This document shows positions 22,573 through 32,870 of a stretch of 64,000 nt of DNA, piece after piece. The notes under the pieces are model-generated. The model was given only the letters and a program-made list of their open reading frames with translations, was not told the origin of the DNA and did not search any database. Source of the stretch: an uncultured Gemmatimonadaceae bacterium (GTDB lineage: Bacteria; Gemmatimonadota; Gemmatimonadetes; Gemmatimonadales; Gemmatimonadaceae); the NCBI GenBank assembly GCA_963781585.1, contig CAWAGQ010000004.1:320001-384000 (forward strand). The letters are read 5' to 3'. Every line of letters starts with the position of its first letter. The first letter of the stretch is position 1. The position numbers were made by a program, and so were the translations under genes.

Positions 22573-22989
22573 ATGGGAACAACCAGCGGCGTGAAGAAGC
22601 CGAAACCGATGAACAAGAAGAACCTCCAGCACTTCGAGAAGCGACTGCTGGAGGAGCGGCGCCGCGCGCTCAAGGAACTTGGCCACTACGAGGACGTGTT
22701 CGGTGCCACGCCGCAGTCCGCGGACGGAGATCTGAGCTCGTACTCGTTCCACATGGCAGATCAGGGGACCGACGCCATGGAGCGCGAAAAGGCGTTTCTG
22801 TTCGCTTCGCAGGAAGGGCGATTCCTCTGGCACATCGATCAGGCGCTGCGGCGCCTGTACAAGGCCCCGGAGACGTTCGGCAAGTGTCACAATTGCGGCG
22901 AGGACATCGCCTTCGAGCGGCTCGATGCGCTTCCCCATGCGCGCTTCTGCATCAAGTGCAAACAACGGGAAGAAGATGGGAAACAGTAG
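22573..22989 (+). CDS. TraR/DksA family C4 zinc-finger regulator
   Basis: Coiled coil with HMADQGTD at the tip; CHNC...RLDALPHARFCIKC. Confidence 0.9.
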   Translation: MGTTSGVKKPKPMNKKNLQHFEKRLLEERRRALKELGHYEDVFGATPQSADGDLSSYSFHMADQGTDAMEREKAFLFASQEGRFLWHIDQALRRLYKAPETFGKCHNCGEDIAFERLDALPHARFCIKCKQREEDGKQ

Positions 22990-23515
22990 CGAGACCAAGA
23001 GCAGAATATTCTGGGCGGTCGCGGCAGTCATCGTCCTGTCGGATATCGCCAGCAAGAGAATCGCTGTGGCGTCGCTCCCCGTGCGCGGTGTGTCGCAGTC
23101 GGTGGTGGGTGAAGTCGTACGCCTGACGCTGGTCTACAACCCCGGGGCGGCGTTCGGCCTCAATCTGGGGGAGTACTCGCGGTGGATCTTCATTGCGCTC
23201 ACCATCGGCGCCCTGCTGATCCTGGGTCGGCTGTACCGCAACACGGCCGGCGCCGATGTCATGCGGGCCTTCGCCATTGCCCTGGTGTGCGGCGGCGCAA
23301 TCGGCAATCTGATCGATCGCTTCGCGTCGCCGGCCGGCGTGGTGGACTTCATCGACGTGGGGATCGGCGACATGCGCTGGCCCACGTTCAATGTGGCCGA
23401 CATGGCCGTGAGTATCGGGGCGTTTCTGCTGGCCTGGGTGTTGTGGGGCGAAGAACGCGCCGACCGGACTGCGGCACGCTCGGCGGTCGCTTCGGAGACG
23501 CCGCGCACGACGTGA
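22976..23515 (+). CDS. lspA: Lipoprotein signal peptidase
   Basis: YNPGAAFG, GAIGNLIDR, VVDFI and FNVAD. Confidence 0.95.
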   Translation: MGNSSETKSRIFWAVAAVIVLSDIASKRIAVASLPVRGVSQSVVGEVVRLTLVYNPGAAFGLNLGEYSRWIFIALTIGALLILGRLYRNTAGADVMRAFAIALVCGGAIGNLIDRFASPAGVVDFIDVGIGDMRWPTFNVADMAVSIGAFLLAWVLWGEERADRTAARSAVASETPRTT

Positions 23516-24510
23516 ACGACAACGGCACCACCTCCACGCAGGACTTTCTCGTCGAGGCGGACAGTGATGTTCGCCTCGATTTGCTCGTGGCCAGGCAGCT
23601 CGACCTGTCGCGCAATCAGGCGGCGAGTCTGATCGCCCGCGGGCTCGTGACAGTGGCCGGGAAGCACGAAAAGGCGAGCTACCGCGCGCGCCCCGGCGAA
23701 CGCGTGGTCGTGACGGTGCCTCCAGCGCCGGCGCATCATGTGCTGCCGGAGTCGATTCCGCTGGTGGTGGCGTATGAGGACGAACACCTGCTCGTGATCG
23801 ACAAGCCGGCCGGCATGGTGGTGCATCCCGCCCCCGGCAACTGGTCCGGCACGCTGGTCAATGCGCTGCTCGGTCGCGCTGGCGAGGCGTTCCCGGCAAG
23901 CGCCCCGACCGAGCGCGCAGGGATCGTGCATCGACTGGACAAGGACACTTCGGGGCTGTTGCTGGTGGCCAGGACCGATCGCGCGCACCGGATTCTCGCC
24001 GACGCGCTTGCCGCGCGACGCGTCATTCGCCGGTATGCCGCTCTTACCTGGGGACACCTCGAGACGGACGCGTTGTCGATCGATCGGCCGCTGGCGCGCG
24101 ATCCGAGAGATCGGAAGCGGATGGCCGTGGTGCATGCCGGGAAGGCCGCGCGCACGTCGCTGGTCCGCCTGGCCCGTTTCGACGTCGCCGACCTGGTGCG
24201 CGCGCAGCTGCATTCGGGCCGGACCCACCAGATCCGTGTACATCTGGCGTCAATCGGTCACCCGGTGGTGGGGGACGATACGTACGGCGGAGGAGGCGGA
24301 CGGCGGGTGGTAGGACTGCCGCTCAAGCGACACTTCCTGCACGCCGCGTGGCTGCGTTTCCGGCATCCCGTGTCGGGAGCAGAGATGGACCTCCGGTCGC
24401 CGCTTCCGCCCGATTTGCGCGAATCGCTCGCCAGAGTCGCGCACGATGAGGCGGTGACGGCGCAGTCCGATCCACTGGAGGTCTTCGGGTTCTACGATGA
24501 CGGAGCCTGA
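23512..24510 (+). CDS. rluD: RluA/RluD family pseudouridine synthase
   Basis: S4 domain, KPAGMVVHP, catalytic HRLDKDTSG and GRTHQIRVH. Confidence 0.92.
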   Translation: MNDNGTTSTQDFLVEADSDVRLDLLVARQLDLSRNQAASLIARGLVTVAGKHEKASYRARPGERVVVTVPPAPAHHVLPESIPLVVAYEDEHLLVIDKPAGMVVHPAPGNWSGTLVNALLGRAGEAFPASAPTERAGIVHRLDKDTSGLLLVARTDRAHRILADALAARRVIRRYAALTWGHLETDALSIDRPLARDPRDRKRMAVVHAGKAARTSLVRLARFDVADLVRAQLHSGRTHQIRVHLASIGHPVVGDDTYGGGGGRRVVGLPLKRHFLHAAWLRFRHPVSGAEMDLRSPLPPDLRESLARVAHDEAVTAQSDPLEVFGFYDDGA

Positions 24511-24934
24511 AGGGGACGCCGAGCAGGTTCTCCTGCTCGAACTCGCCGGCGCGCTGTACGCCGTCGACAGTGCCGCGGTGCGCGAAGTGATCCCGACGAC
24601 GCCCGCCACGCGGCTTCCCGGTGCCCCGGGGTACGTGCGCGGAATCATGAACCTCAGGGGGCAGCTGCTGACCGTGGTCGACCTCGTCCAGCGGTTGACG
24701 GGAGCCGCGACCTGCAACCCGGAGGGCTCCACGATCGTCGTCCAGTCAGGCGAGCGAATGCTCGGCCTGAGTGTGGATGATGTGCGCCAGGTGCATGCGG
24801 TGGCGGTCTCCGGGGCCGGTGGCGTGTCCATCGATTTCCCGGGCCTGGGTCTGGTTCGTGGACTGGGACGTTTCGGCGACGAAGTCGTCATTGTCCTCGA
24901 CGTGGACGAGATCGTACGGCAGACGCTGGCGTAA
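24497..24934 (+). CDS. cheW: CheW adaptor (1)
   Basis: VREVI...LPGAPGYVRGIMNLRGQLLTVVDL...GLSVDDV. Confidence 0.9.
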   Translation: MTEPEGDAEQVLLLELAGALYAVDSAAVREVIPTTPATRLPGAPGYVRGIMNLRGQLLTVVDLVQRLTGAATCNPEGSTIVVQSGERMLGLSVDDVRQVHAVAVSGAGGVSIDFPGLGLVRGLGRFGDEVVIVLDVDEIVRQTLA

Positions 24935-24972
24935 ACGCGGGGGCTCCGGGCTCCCGGCAGGGAGAGATCACA

Positions 24973-25335
24973 GTGAGCCACACGGTACTGATCTGCGACG
25001 ATGCCATCTTCATGCGCACGATGCTGGGTGACATCCTCCAGCAGGCGGGCTTCGAAGTCGTTGGCGAAGCCGAAACCGGAGCGCAGGCGGTGTCCAAGTA
25101 CCAGGAGCTGCGTCCCGACCTGGTGACGATGGACATCGTGATGCCCGACATGGGGGGGATCGACGCGGTTCGTGAGATCACGAAACGCGATCCGGCTGCC
25201 AAGGTCCTGATGTGCAGCGCGATGGGGCAGCAGGCGCTGGTGGTCGAGGCCATCCAGGCAGGGGCGAAGGACTTCGTCGTCAAGCCGTTCCAGCCGAGCC
25301 GAGTGCTGGAGGCGGTCAATCGGGTGTTGGGCTGA
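24973..25335 (+). CDS. cheY: CheY response regulator (Bacillus/Thermotoga-like)
   Basis: DDAIFMR, phosphoacceptor motif TMDIVMP, CSAMGQQ and KPF. Confidence 0.93.
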   Translation: MSHTVLICDDAIFMRTMLGDILQQAGFEVVGEAETGAQAVSKYQELRPDLVTMDIVMPDMGGIDAVREITKRDPAAKVLMCSAMGQQALVVEAIQAGAKDFVVKPFQPSRVLEAVNRVLG

Positions 25336-25526
25336 ACGGCGCGCCGCGCGTGGTGCCAGCCACCGGATCCTGACGTGGCCGGTTGGCCGCGCCCTTGGCC
25401 AGCCGCCCGGCCCCTCCAGCCTCCGAGAGCCGTCGTCCATGTGTTCGCCCGGGTTTCGGAACGCGCCCCGATCGATCCGCGCGCGATAGTCGAGCCGGCG
25501 TCACTGACCCCCTTCGGTCCCGACCC

Positions 25527-27431
25527 GTGAACACGTCCAGGTACGCGGAGCTGTTCCTCAGCGAGAGCCGTGACAACCTCGTGTCCATCAACGAGGCGCT
25601 GATGGAGTTGGAGCGGGACCCGGCGGCCCCCGCGCACATCGACAGTCTGTTCCGCGGCGTCCATACGCTGAAGGGCATGGCGGGCGTGATGGGCCACAGC
25701 GCCGTGGTGGAGCTCGCCCATGAGCTGGAGACGGTTCTGGCACTGGTCCGCGACGGGGCCCGCGCGCTCACTCCCGACGATCTGGCGCTGCTGTTCGACG
25801 CGGTGGACGTCCTGGAGATGGTCGTCGAGCGCGTCGGCTCGGGGGAAGGCGCCGACGCCATGCCTGACGTGGCGGCGTTATGCGAGCGGCTGCGGTCTGC
25901 CAGCGGGGCCGCTGGTCCTCCGGTCTGGACGGCGACCGCCGAGCACCGGGTGGCGCTGCCGCCCGGCGACGGCGTGGCCGTGCACGTGAGCCTGTCGCCC
26001 GACGCGCCGCTCAAGGGGGCACGCGCGCTCCTCATCCTCCAGCGCCTGCGTTCGTTAGGCGAGATCACCGCCATGTCGCCGGCGGAGAGTGCGCTGCGCG
26101 AAGACAGCTTTGGCGGCGAATTCTCGTTCCGGGTGCGCACCGATGCGCCCGACGAGCAGCTGGCTGCCACGGTACGCGACGCCGGATACGTGCACACCGT
26201 CCGGGTGCGACGCGAGACGACGCCGGCGTCGGGAGCCGGACAGGCGGCGGAGCGGGCGGACGCCGCCTGGCTGTCGGGGGGTCTGAAGGCACCGCTGCAA
26301 CGCTACGTGCGCATCGACGTGCAGAGGCTCGACGGCCTGATGAATCTGGTCGGCGAGCTGGTGATCGCGCGCGGCCGGCTGGCCCGGGCGATCGCCTCCC
26401 ACGTCGACCCCGAGCTCGACGAAGCCGGCGCCACGGTCGCGAATCTGGTAGGCGTGCTGCAGGACGACATTCTGGACAGCCGGATGGTGCCGGTGTGGCA
26501 GGTTTTCGATCGGTTTCCGCGGGTGGTGCGAGACGCCGCGCGGACGCTGGGGAAGGAGATCGAGTTCGTCATCGAAGGACGCGAGATCGAGCTCGATCGC
26601 GCGTTGCTCGAACAAATCGGAGAACCGCTGGTGCACCTGCTGCGAAATGCGGTGGACCACGGCATCGAATCGGCGGCTGCGCGCAGGGAGAAGGGGAAGC
26701 CGGCCGCAGGTCGGCTGGTCCTCGGTGCCTCGCGCGACCGCTCGGCGGTGGTGATCCGCGTCACCGACGACGGGCGGGGCATCGATCGGCGAGAGATTCT
26801 CCGGAGGGCGCGGGCGGACGGCAGTGTGGATGACGAAAAGACGGATCTGACCGACGACGAGGTGTTGCGCCTGATCGCCCGACCGGGGTTTTCGACCGCC
26901 GAACAGGTGACGAATCTCTCGGGGCGGGGGGTCGGTGTGGATGCGGTGGTGAGTCGGATCCGCGCCCTGGGCGGCTCCGTGGAGCTGCGCAGCGAACCGG
27001 GACGGGGCACCACGATCGCCCTGCGGCTCCCGGTGACGCTGGCGATCATTCCGGCCCTTCTGGCACGTGCCGAGCAGGAGACATTTGTGCTCCCGCTCAC
27101 GCATGTCAGGGAGACGCTCCACCTCACCCGACACGTGGTGCGTCAGGTCCGGGGTCGGGACGTGCTGGTATTGCGGGATGACATCCTCCCGCTCCTCAGC
27201 TTGCGGGCGCTGGTAGGCCTTCCAACCCGCGACGCAGAGGGGAGCCAAGTCGTCGTATTGGAGATAGCGGACCGCCGAACCGGACTCGTGGTGGACCAAC
27301 TCCTGGGGCAGCAGGAGGTCGTGGTGAAGCCATTCGATCCGGTGCGTGGTGCCGCTGCGTGTTTCAGCGGCGCGACGATCCTGGGTGACGGCGCGCCGGC
27401 GCTCATTCTCGAGGCCACGAATCTGGTGTAG
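25527..27431 (+). CDS. cheA: CheA histidine kinase (P1-P5, no receiver domain)
   Basis: Hpt FRGVHTLKG; P2-like segment; HLLRNAVDHG, DDGRGID, PGFSTA, SGRGVG; C-terminal CheW-like domain. Confidence 0.96.
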   Translation: MNTSRYAELFLSESRDNLVSINEALMELERDPAAPAHIDSLFRGVHTLKGMAGVMGHSAVVELAHELETVLALVRDGARALTPDDLALLFDAVDVLEMVVERVGSGEGADAMPDVAALCERLRSASGAAGPPVWTATAEHRVALPPGDGVAVHVSLSPDAPLKGARALLILQRLRSLGEITAMSPAESALREDSFGGEFSFRVRTDAPDEQLAATVRDAGYVHTVRVRRETTPASGAGQAAERADAAWLSGGLKAPLQRYVRIDVQRLDGLMNLVGELVIARGRLARAIASHVDPELDEAGATVANLVGVLQDDILDSRMVPVWQVFDRFPRVVRDAARTLGKEIEFVIEGREIELDRALLEQIGEPLVHLLRNAVDHGIESAAARREKGKPAAGRLVLGASRDRSAVVIRVTDDGRGIDRREILRRARADGSVDDEKTDLTDDEVLRLIARPGFSTAEQVTNLSGRGVGVDAVVSRIRALGGSVELRSEPGRGTTIALRLPVTLAIIPALLARAEQETFVLPLTHVRETLHLTRHVVRQVRGRDVLVLRDDILPLLSLRALVGLPTRDAEGSQVVVLEIADRRTGLVVDQLLGQQEVVVKPFDPVRGAAACFSGATILGDGAPALILEATNLV

Positions 27432-27502
27432 CGACATGGTGCGGAACGGTGAGGCTGCAGCCGCGCCGCTCAACGCGTGACACCCACGGTTGGAGAAACG
27501 GA

Positions 27503-28123
27503 ATGCAAGAGCTGCTGAGTCTCAAGCCGGTGCAGATCGACGCGCTGCGCGAGGTGGCCAACATCGGCGCGGGTCACGCGGCGACGGCGCTGTCGCAGAT
27601 GACATCGCAGCGGATCATGATCAGCGTGCCGCGAATCAGCGTCACGCCGCTGGAAGAGGTACCGCCGCATCTGGGCCCGCCCGAGGAGCCGGTGGCCGCC
27701 GTCCTCATGAACATGCTCGGCGACCTGACCGGTCGGACGCTGCTGGTCTTTCCGAAGTCCACCGCGCTGCGGCTGGCCGAGATCCTGTTGCACAAGCCGG
27801 CGGGCACGTTTTCCGAGCTGGGCGAACTGGAGCAGTCCGCGCTGCAGGAAGCGGGAAACATTCTGAGCGGCGCCTACATGAATGCGCTGAGCGACTTCAT
27901 GGGACTCCTCCTGTTGCCGTCGCCGCCCAGTCTGGCCATCGACATGTCGCGCGCCGTGCTGACGACGGCGTATCTGCAGTTCGGTGCCGATCCCAACTAC
28001 GTGTTCTGTGTCGAGACCGAATTCCTCATGCGCGACGCGAACGAGCGGCTGCGCGGGTTCTTTCTGCTGCTGCCGGACCTCGCGTCGCTGCAGAAGATTC
28101 TGCGGGCCGTGCGGCTCGCCTGA
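27503..28123 (+). CDS. cheC: CheC phosphatase
   Basis: Two D/S-x3-E-x2-N sites: DALREVANI and SALQEAGNI. Confidence 0.92.
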   Translation: MQELLSLKPVQIDALREVANIGAGHAATALSQMTSQRIMISVPRISVTPLEEVPPHLGPPEEPVAAVLMNMLGDLTGRTLLVFPKSTALRLAEILLHKPAGTFSELGELEQSALQEAGNILSGAYMNALSDFMGLLLLPSPPSLAIDMSRAVLTTAYLQFGADPNYVFCVETEFLMRDANERLRGFFLLLPDLASLQKILRAVRLA

Positions 28124-28159
28124 CGCGGCGGGCGTGCGCGTCTCCCCGGTGAACTGAGG

Positions 28160-30859
28160 ATGTCGCTTCCCACGGTGTTCCTCTCGGAGCGGGACCGCGA
28201 AGTCCTGCGGAGCTTCGCGCTGCGCGTCGACCCCGCGGATGCCGGATCGCACAACAACCTGGGCGTGCTCTACTACAACAAGGGCATGATCCCGGAGGCG
28301 GTCGAGGCTTTCACGCGCGCGCTCACCCTCGACCCGCAGATGTCGACCGCCGAACGCAATCTGCGCATCGCGTGGTGCGACAGCGGCGCCTTCGAAGAGC
28401 AGGTGAGGGCGCTTGGCGAACGTCTCGCGGCCGACGCGGCCGATCGGGACGCTCGTGACGCGCTGGCGAACGCGTATCTGATGGCCGGCGATTTCGACCG
28501 GGCGGTGGTGGAGCTTGAGCGGCTTGCCGACGCGCAGCCCGATGACGTGGACACCATCGTGCGCCTCGCCCGCGCGGAGCAGCGCCTCGGACATATGGAC
28601 GCGGCGTCGACCTGGCTGCGGCGCGCCCTCGGCTATCGCGAAAGCGACCCGCAGCTCCTGATGCAGTTCGCCGACGTCTCCTATCATCGCGGCCTCGATG
28701 CCGACGCTCTGGCGGCGCTGGAGCGGGTCGTGGAGCACGCCCCGCACCTGGCCGAGGCCCACTACCTGCTGGGGTTCGTGCTCGGTGATCTGGGACGGCA
28801 CGAGGAAGCGCGCGAAGCCACGCGGCGGGCGCTGCGGCTCAATCCGTCGTTAGGCAGGGCGCAGGCGAACCTGTCGCTGGGGCGTGACGGCCCGCTGGCG
28901 ACCCCGCCGGCCGAGGGCCACAACGAACCAGCACCCCTCGCAGGGGGCGCGCTGGCGCACTTCAATCTCGGCATCGCCTTTCGCCAGAAGGGCTACTACC
29001 AGGAGGCGCTCCGCGAGTATCGACTTGCCCTCGACCGCGGTGAAGATCGGGGCCTCGTCACCCAGGCGATGGCGGAAGTCCACCTCCTGACCCGCGAAAC
29101 CGGAGCGGCGGTCACGCTCTACGACCGGCTGGTTGGCAGCGCACCCGACAGCCCCAAGCTGTGGAACGAGCGCGGTGTGGTGCTGCATCAGGCCGGCCGG
29201 ATCGCGGACGCCCGCGCCAGCTACGAGCGCGCGGTCGGTGCGGATCCGGCCTATGCGCTCGCGCTGAACAACCTCGGTGTGGCACACTACCACGCCGGCC
29301 GCCACGATCTGGCGTGCGACGCGTTTCGCCAGTCCATGCTGGAGCAGCCGGCATTCGTCAAGGCCCGGCTCAACCTCGCGCTGCTGCTCTTCCGGCGGAA
29401 GGAGTTCGCGCTCTGCCTGGAAGCCTACCGACAGGTGCTGAATCTCGAGCCGGACCACGCGGTGGCGTGGAACGGCATCGGCCTGGTGCTCTCGGAACTG
29501 CACCAGATCGAGGATGCCCGCAACGCGTTCGGCCGCGCCATCGACGCGCGCCCCGACTACGCCGAGGCGCACTACAACCTCAGTTTCGCCCTGTCGCACC
29601 TCGGCGACTACGCCGGCGGCCTGCGCGAAACGAAACGCGCGCTGGAACTGGACCCGTTCTACGTTCCGCAGAAGTTCGAGCTCGCCATCGATCTCCAGTA
29701 CGAGAACCCGCGCGTGGCGATCGCACCGGAGCTGGGCGCCGACCAGCGACTGGACGGCGCGGTGGAAGAGTTCACGCTGGATGTCGGCGCGCTCGAGACC
29801 TTCTTCGACCAGCTGGCGCCCGCGACCCACGAGGAGCCGCCCGACGCTCCTGGCGGTCCGTCGTATGGGGTCGCGCGCGCGGCGGTGGCCGCGGGGCAGT
29901 TGCCGGCAGCTGCCGCCGAGACAAACCGTGTGCTCGCGGCCGGCGGAGCGCGTGGCGAGGGACTCGGGCTGCTCGGCGGCATCTTCATGCGACAGGGCGC
30001 GTTTGGCGAGGCCCTGGATCGCTTCCGTCAGGCGCGCACGGCGGACGCGACAGACCAGAGCGCGGCCATGGGTGAGGTGCGCGCGCTGCTGCTGCTGGGA
30101 CGTGGGAGCGAGGGGAGTGACCTGGCCGAGGACCTGGCCGCGCGGGCGGATTCCGATGTGGAGGCCCTGCTGCTGGTGGCGCAGGTGCGCGCCGAGCGGG
30201 GTGCACACGGCCCGGCCCTGGCTGCCCTCGATGCGGCGCGCCGCCTGGCTCCGGCGCGCGCCGACGTCCAGAAGGAGATCGGCGACGTGGCGCGTGCCAC
30301 CGGTGACGACGAGCGCGCGCTGGCGGCGTACCGCGCCGCGGTGGCGCTGGACCGCGGATTCGCGGCGGCGCGCGTGGAACTCGCAGCGTTGCTTCGTGGC
30401 CGGGGTAAGGTCGCCGAGGCCGAGCGGGAGCTGGAGGCAACGGTGCGCGATCTTCCGGCCTGTATGGACGCCGCGCTCGAGCTGGCCGACCTGCGCCGGG
30501 CACGGGGACGCCCCGAGGACACAATCGATGTCCTGGTGGAGGTCCTGCGTCGCGATCCGTACCAGCTGGACGTGCTCGTGTCGTTAGGCGAGTCGCTGTT
30601 CCAGTGCGACCGGCGGGGCGACGCCGCCGTGGCCTTCGCCCGGGTCCTCCGCTTCGACCCCGATCACGTGGGCGCCCTCTACTTCGACGGCGTGCTGCTC
30701 GGGAAGCAGCGGCGGTTCGAGGAGGCGGTGGCGCGCTGGCACCGGGTCATCGACCTCGAGCCGGCCAGCGACTACGCCAGGCGCGCGCGTCGCGACGCGC
30801 GGATCGCCGCAGACCTCCAGCGCATCTTCGTGGCGCACGAGCGCCGGGGAGCGGCCTAG
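28160..30859 (+). CDS. Large all-TPR protein (899 aa)
   Basis: Many TPR units (HNNLGVLY, HFNLGIAF, WNGIGLVL, HYNLSFAL); no signal peptide seen. Confidence 0.85.
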   Translation: MSLPTVFLSERDREVLRSFALRVDPADAGSHNNLGVLYYNKGMIPEAVEAFTRALTLDPQMSTAERNLRIAWCDSGAFEEQVRALGERLAADAADRDARDALANAYLMAGDFDRAVVELERLADAQPDDVDTIVRLARAEQRLGHMDAASTWLRRALGYRESDPQLLMQFADVSYHRGLDADALAALERVVEHAPHLAEAHYLLGFVLGDLGRHEEAREATRRALRLNPSLGRAQANLSLGRDGPLATPPAEGHNEPAPLAGGALAHFNLGIAFRQKGYYQEALREYRLALDRGEDRGLVTQAMAEVHLLTRETGAAVTLYDRLVGSAPDSPKLWNERGVVLHQAGRIADARASYERAVGADPAYALALNNLGVAHYHAGRHDLACDAFRQSMLEQPAFVKARLNLALLLFRRKEFALCLEAYRQVLNLEPDHAVAWNGIGLVLSELHQIEDARNAFGRAIDARPDYAEAHYNLSFALSHLGDYAGGLRETKRALELDPFYVPQKFELAIDLQYENPRVAIAPELGADQRLDGAVEEFTLDVGALETFFDQLAPATHEEPPDAPGGPSYGVARAAVAAGQLPAAAAETNRVLAAGGARGEGLGLLGGIFMRQGAFGEALDRFRQARTADATDQSAAMGEVRALLLLGRGSEGSDLAEDLAARADSDVEALLLVAQVRAERGAHGPALAALDAARRLAPARADVQKEIGDVARATGDDERALAAYRAAVALDRGFAAARVELAALLRGRGKVAEAERELEATVRDLPACMDAALELADLRRARGRPEDTIDVLVEVLRRDPYQLDVLVSLGESLFQCDRRGDAAVAFARVLRFDPDHVGALYFDGVLLGKQRRFEEAVARWHRVIDLEPASDYARRARRDARIAADLQRIFVAHERRGAA

Positions 30860-32005
30860 ATGGCGATCGAAGGCCCGCTCCGCGAGCTCGGCATCCACGA
30901 CGTCTTCCAGCTGCTCGACCTCAGCCGCAAGACAGGACGGCTGCGCGTCACCTCGGCCCTCCGCGACAACGAGGGCACGGTCACGTTTCACAACGGCCGC
31001 GTGGTCGGCGCGACCATCCGCACCAACCCGCACCCGATTGGCGAGATCCTCGTGAACGCCGGCAAGATCACCGCCGAGGAGCTGGATCGCGCGAAAGGGC
31101 TGCAGCGCCAGCCGGGTGAACAGCGGGCTCTCGGCGAGCTGCTGGTGAGCATCGGCGCCATCACCCAGCGCGAGCTGGAACGCCAGATCCGCCGGCAGAT
31201 CGAGGCGGTGGTGTTCGAGTTGATGTCGTGGCAGGAAGGATATTTCTGCTTCGCCGAAGGCGACCCCGGCGCCACCAACGGAGGCTGGCATGCCAGCCTC
31301 ACGGCAGAATCGCTGCTGATGGAAGCCGCTCGCCGAATCGACGAATGGACGCGGATTGCACACCGGATTCCGAGCATGACGGCACTGCCCGCCCTCGCCG
31401 ACGTGGATGGCGACCATCCGGCCTCCCTCGACCTGAGACCCAATGAGTGGGAGGTCCTGGCGCAGATCGACGGCGCGACCGACCTCCGGTCCATCGCCGA
31501 GCGGGTGGGGATGAGCGACTTCGACGTGGCCAAGGTGGTGTTCGGGTTGCTCTCGACCGGCGTGGTGACGCTGGTGGAGGGGCCGAGCGCGCCGCCGACG
31601 AACGACGCGAGGGACGACGCGGTCATGTTGCTCTCCGATGCGCGAGAGGCGCTTCGCGATACGCGCGCCAAGGACGCGCTGCAACACGCCGAGCGCGCGC
31701 TGCTCCTGTCGTCGGAGCTGGTCGAAGGCCGGATGGTGGCGGCACAGGCGCTGATCGCGCTCGAACGATTTGGCGAGGCGGAGCGACATCTCGAGCGCGC
31801 GCTGGAGACCGATCCGGACTCCGCGCAAGTGCTCATGACGCTCGCGCGACTCGCGGTCAGGCGCGGCGACCTCGATCGGGCCATCCAGGCCTGGTCGCGC
31901 GTCATCGAGACATCTCCGCAATCCGCGCAGGCCGAGCGCGCCCGCAAGGCGATGGCCTACGCCACTCGCCTGAACGCGCTCGTGGAGGTCGGCGGCGATG
32001 GTTGA
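30860..32005 (+). CDS. DUF4388 (PatA-N-like) plus TPR protein
   Basis: MAIEGPLRELGIHDVFQLL...KTGRL...WQEGYF.F...LLMEAARRIDEW, with TPRs at the C-terminus. Confidence 0.82.
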   Translation: MAIEGPLRELGIHDVFQLLDLSRKTGRLRVTSALRDNEGTVTFHNGRVVGATIRTNPHPIGEILVNAGKITAEELDRAKGLQRQPGEQRALGELLVSIGAITQRELERQIRRQIEAVVFELMSWQEGYFCFAEGDPGATNGGWHASLTAESLLMEAARRIDEWTRIAHRIPSMTALPALADVDGDHPASLDLRPNEWEVLAQIDGATDLRSIAERVGMSDFDVAKVVFGLLSTGVVTLVEGPSAPPTNDARDDAVMLLSDAREALRDTRAKDALQHAERALLLSSELVEGRMVAAQALIALERFGEAERHLERALETDPDSAQVLMTLARLAVRRGDLDRAIQAWSRVIETSPQSAQAERARKAMAYATRLNALVEVGGDG

Positions 32006-32870
32006 TATCGTGGGGCGGTGGACCGATGAGCTGGCGCGCAACCCGGATAGCCTCTCGTTCCTTCGGCTGGCTGACGAGCTCCGTCGCCGCCGTGCCCTTC
32101 CGGAGGCGCGGACGGTGGCCCTGCGCGGACTCGAACGACATCCGTATCTCGCAGACGCCCACGATATGCTCGCGCGCGTGTATGCCGATGATGGAGAGAC
32201 GCAACGCGCGCGCGACGAGTGGGAGATGGCTCTGCGCATCGATCCCGATCATCTGGAATCGCTGAAGGGGCTCGGATTCCTGGCGTTCGCGCGCGGAGAC
32301 CTGGCGGGCGCGGAACGGCACCTCCGCCGCGCCCGCTCCCAGGGCGATCCCGATGCCGGACTTGCCACTGCGCATCGACGCGTCATGGAGGCGATGCGCC
32401 GGGCGTCGCGCGGGCACCCCGAGGAGTCCGTCCCCCACAACGGGACTGGCACGGCGGCCCGCAACGGTAACGGGTCGCGACCCCGTGCGGCCGCACCACC
32501 GAACCGGGCACGCGAACTCTTCGCCCCCCTGCTCGGCGAAGAAGACGGCACGGCGCTGCTCATCGACGCGGACGGCCTCGTCATCGCTGGTGCGTACGTG
32601 GACGAAACGGGCCGTGAGATCGGCGACGAAATCGGCGCTGAACTCTCCGGCGTGAGTGACGAGGCGGCGCGAGCCCTGATCCACTTGCGGCTCGGGACCT
32701 GGGAATCGCTGCTGATCGAGGCGCAGCATGCCACAGTGGGACTGGCGCCGGCCAGAGACGGCGCCGTGGTACTCGTGGCGGCGGCGCGCGATGCACACGT
32801 CGGCCTGGTGCGCCGGCTGCTGATGCAGGCGCGTACTCGTGCGCGGACCTGGATGGCGGGTGCATCGTGA
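31998..32870 (+). CDS. TPR plus roadblock/LC7 fusion protein
   Basis: N-terminal TPRs; C-terminal ALLIDADGLVIAG...GLVRRLL roadblock pattern. Confidence 0.75.
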   Translation: MVDIVGRWTDELARNPDSLSFLRLADELRRRRALPEARTVALRGLERHPYLADAHDMLARVYADDGETQRARDEWEMALRIDPDHLESLKGLGFLAFARGDLAGAERHLRRARSQGDPDAGLATAHRRVMEAMRRASRGHPEESVPHNGTGTAARNGNGSRPRAAAPPNRARELFAPLLGEEDGTALLIDADGLVIAGAYVDETGREIGDEIGAELSGVSDEAARALIHLRLGTWESLLIEAQHATVGLAPARDGAVVLVAAARDAHVGLVRRLLMQARTRARTWMAGAS

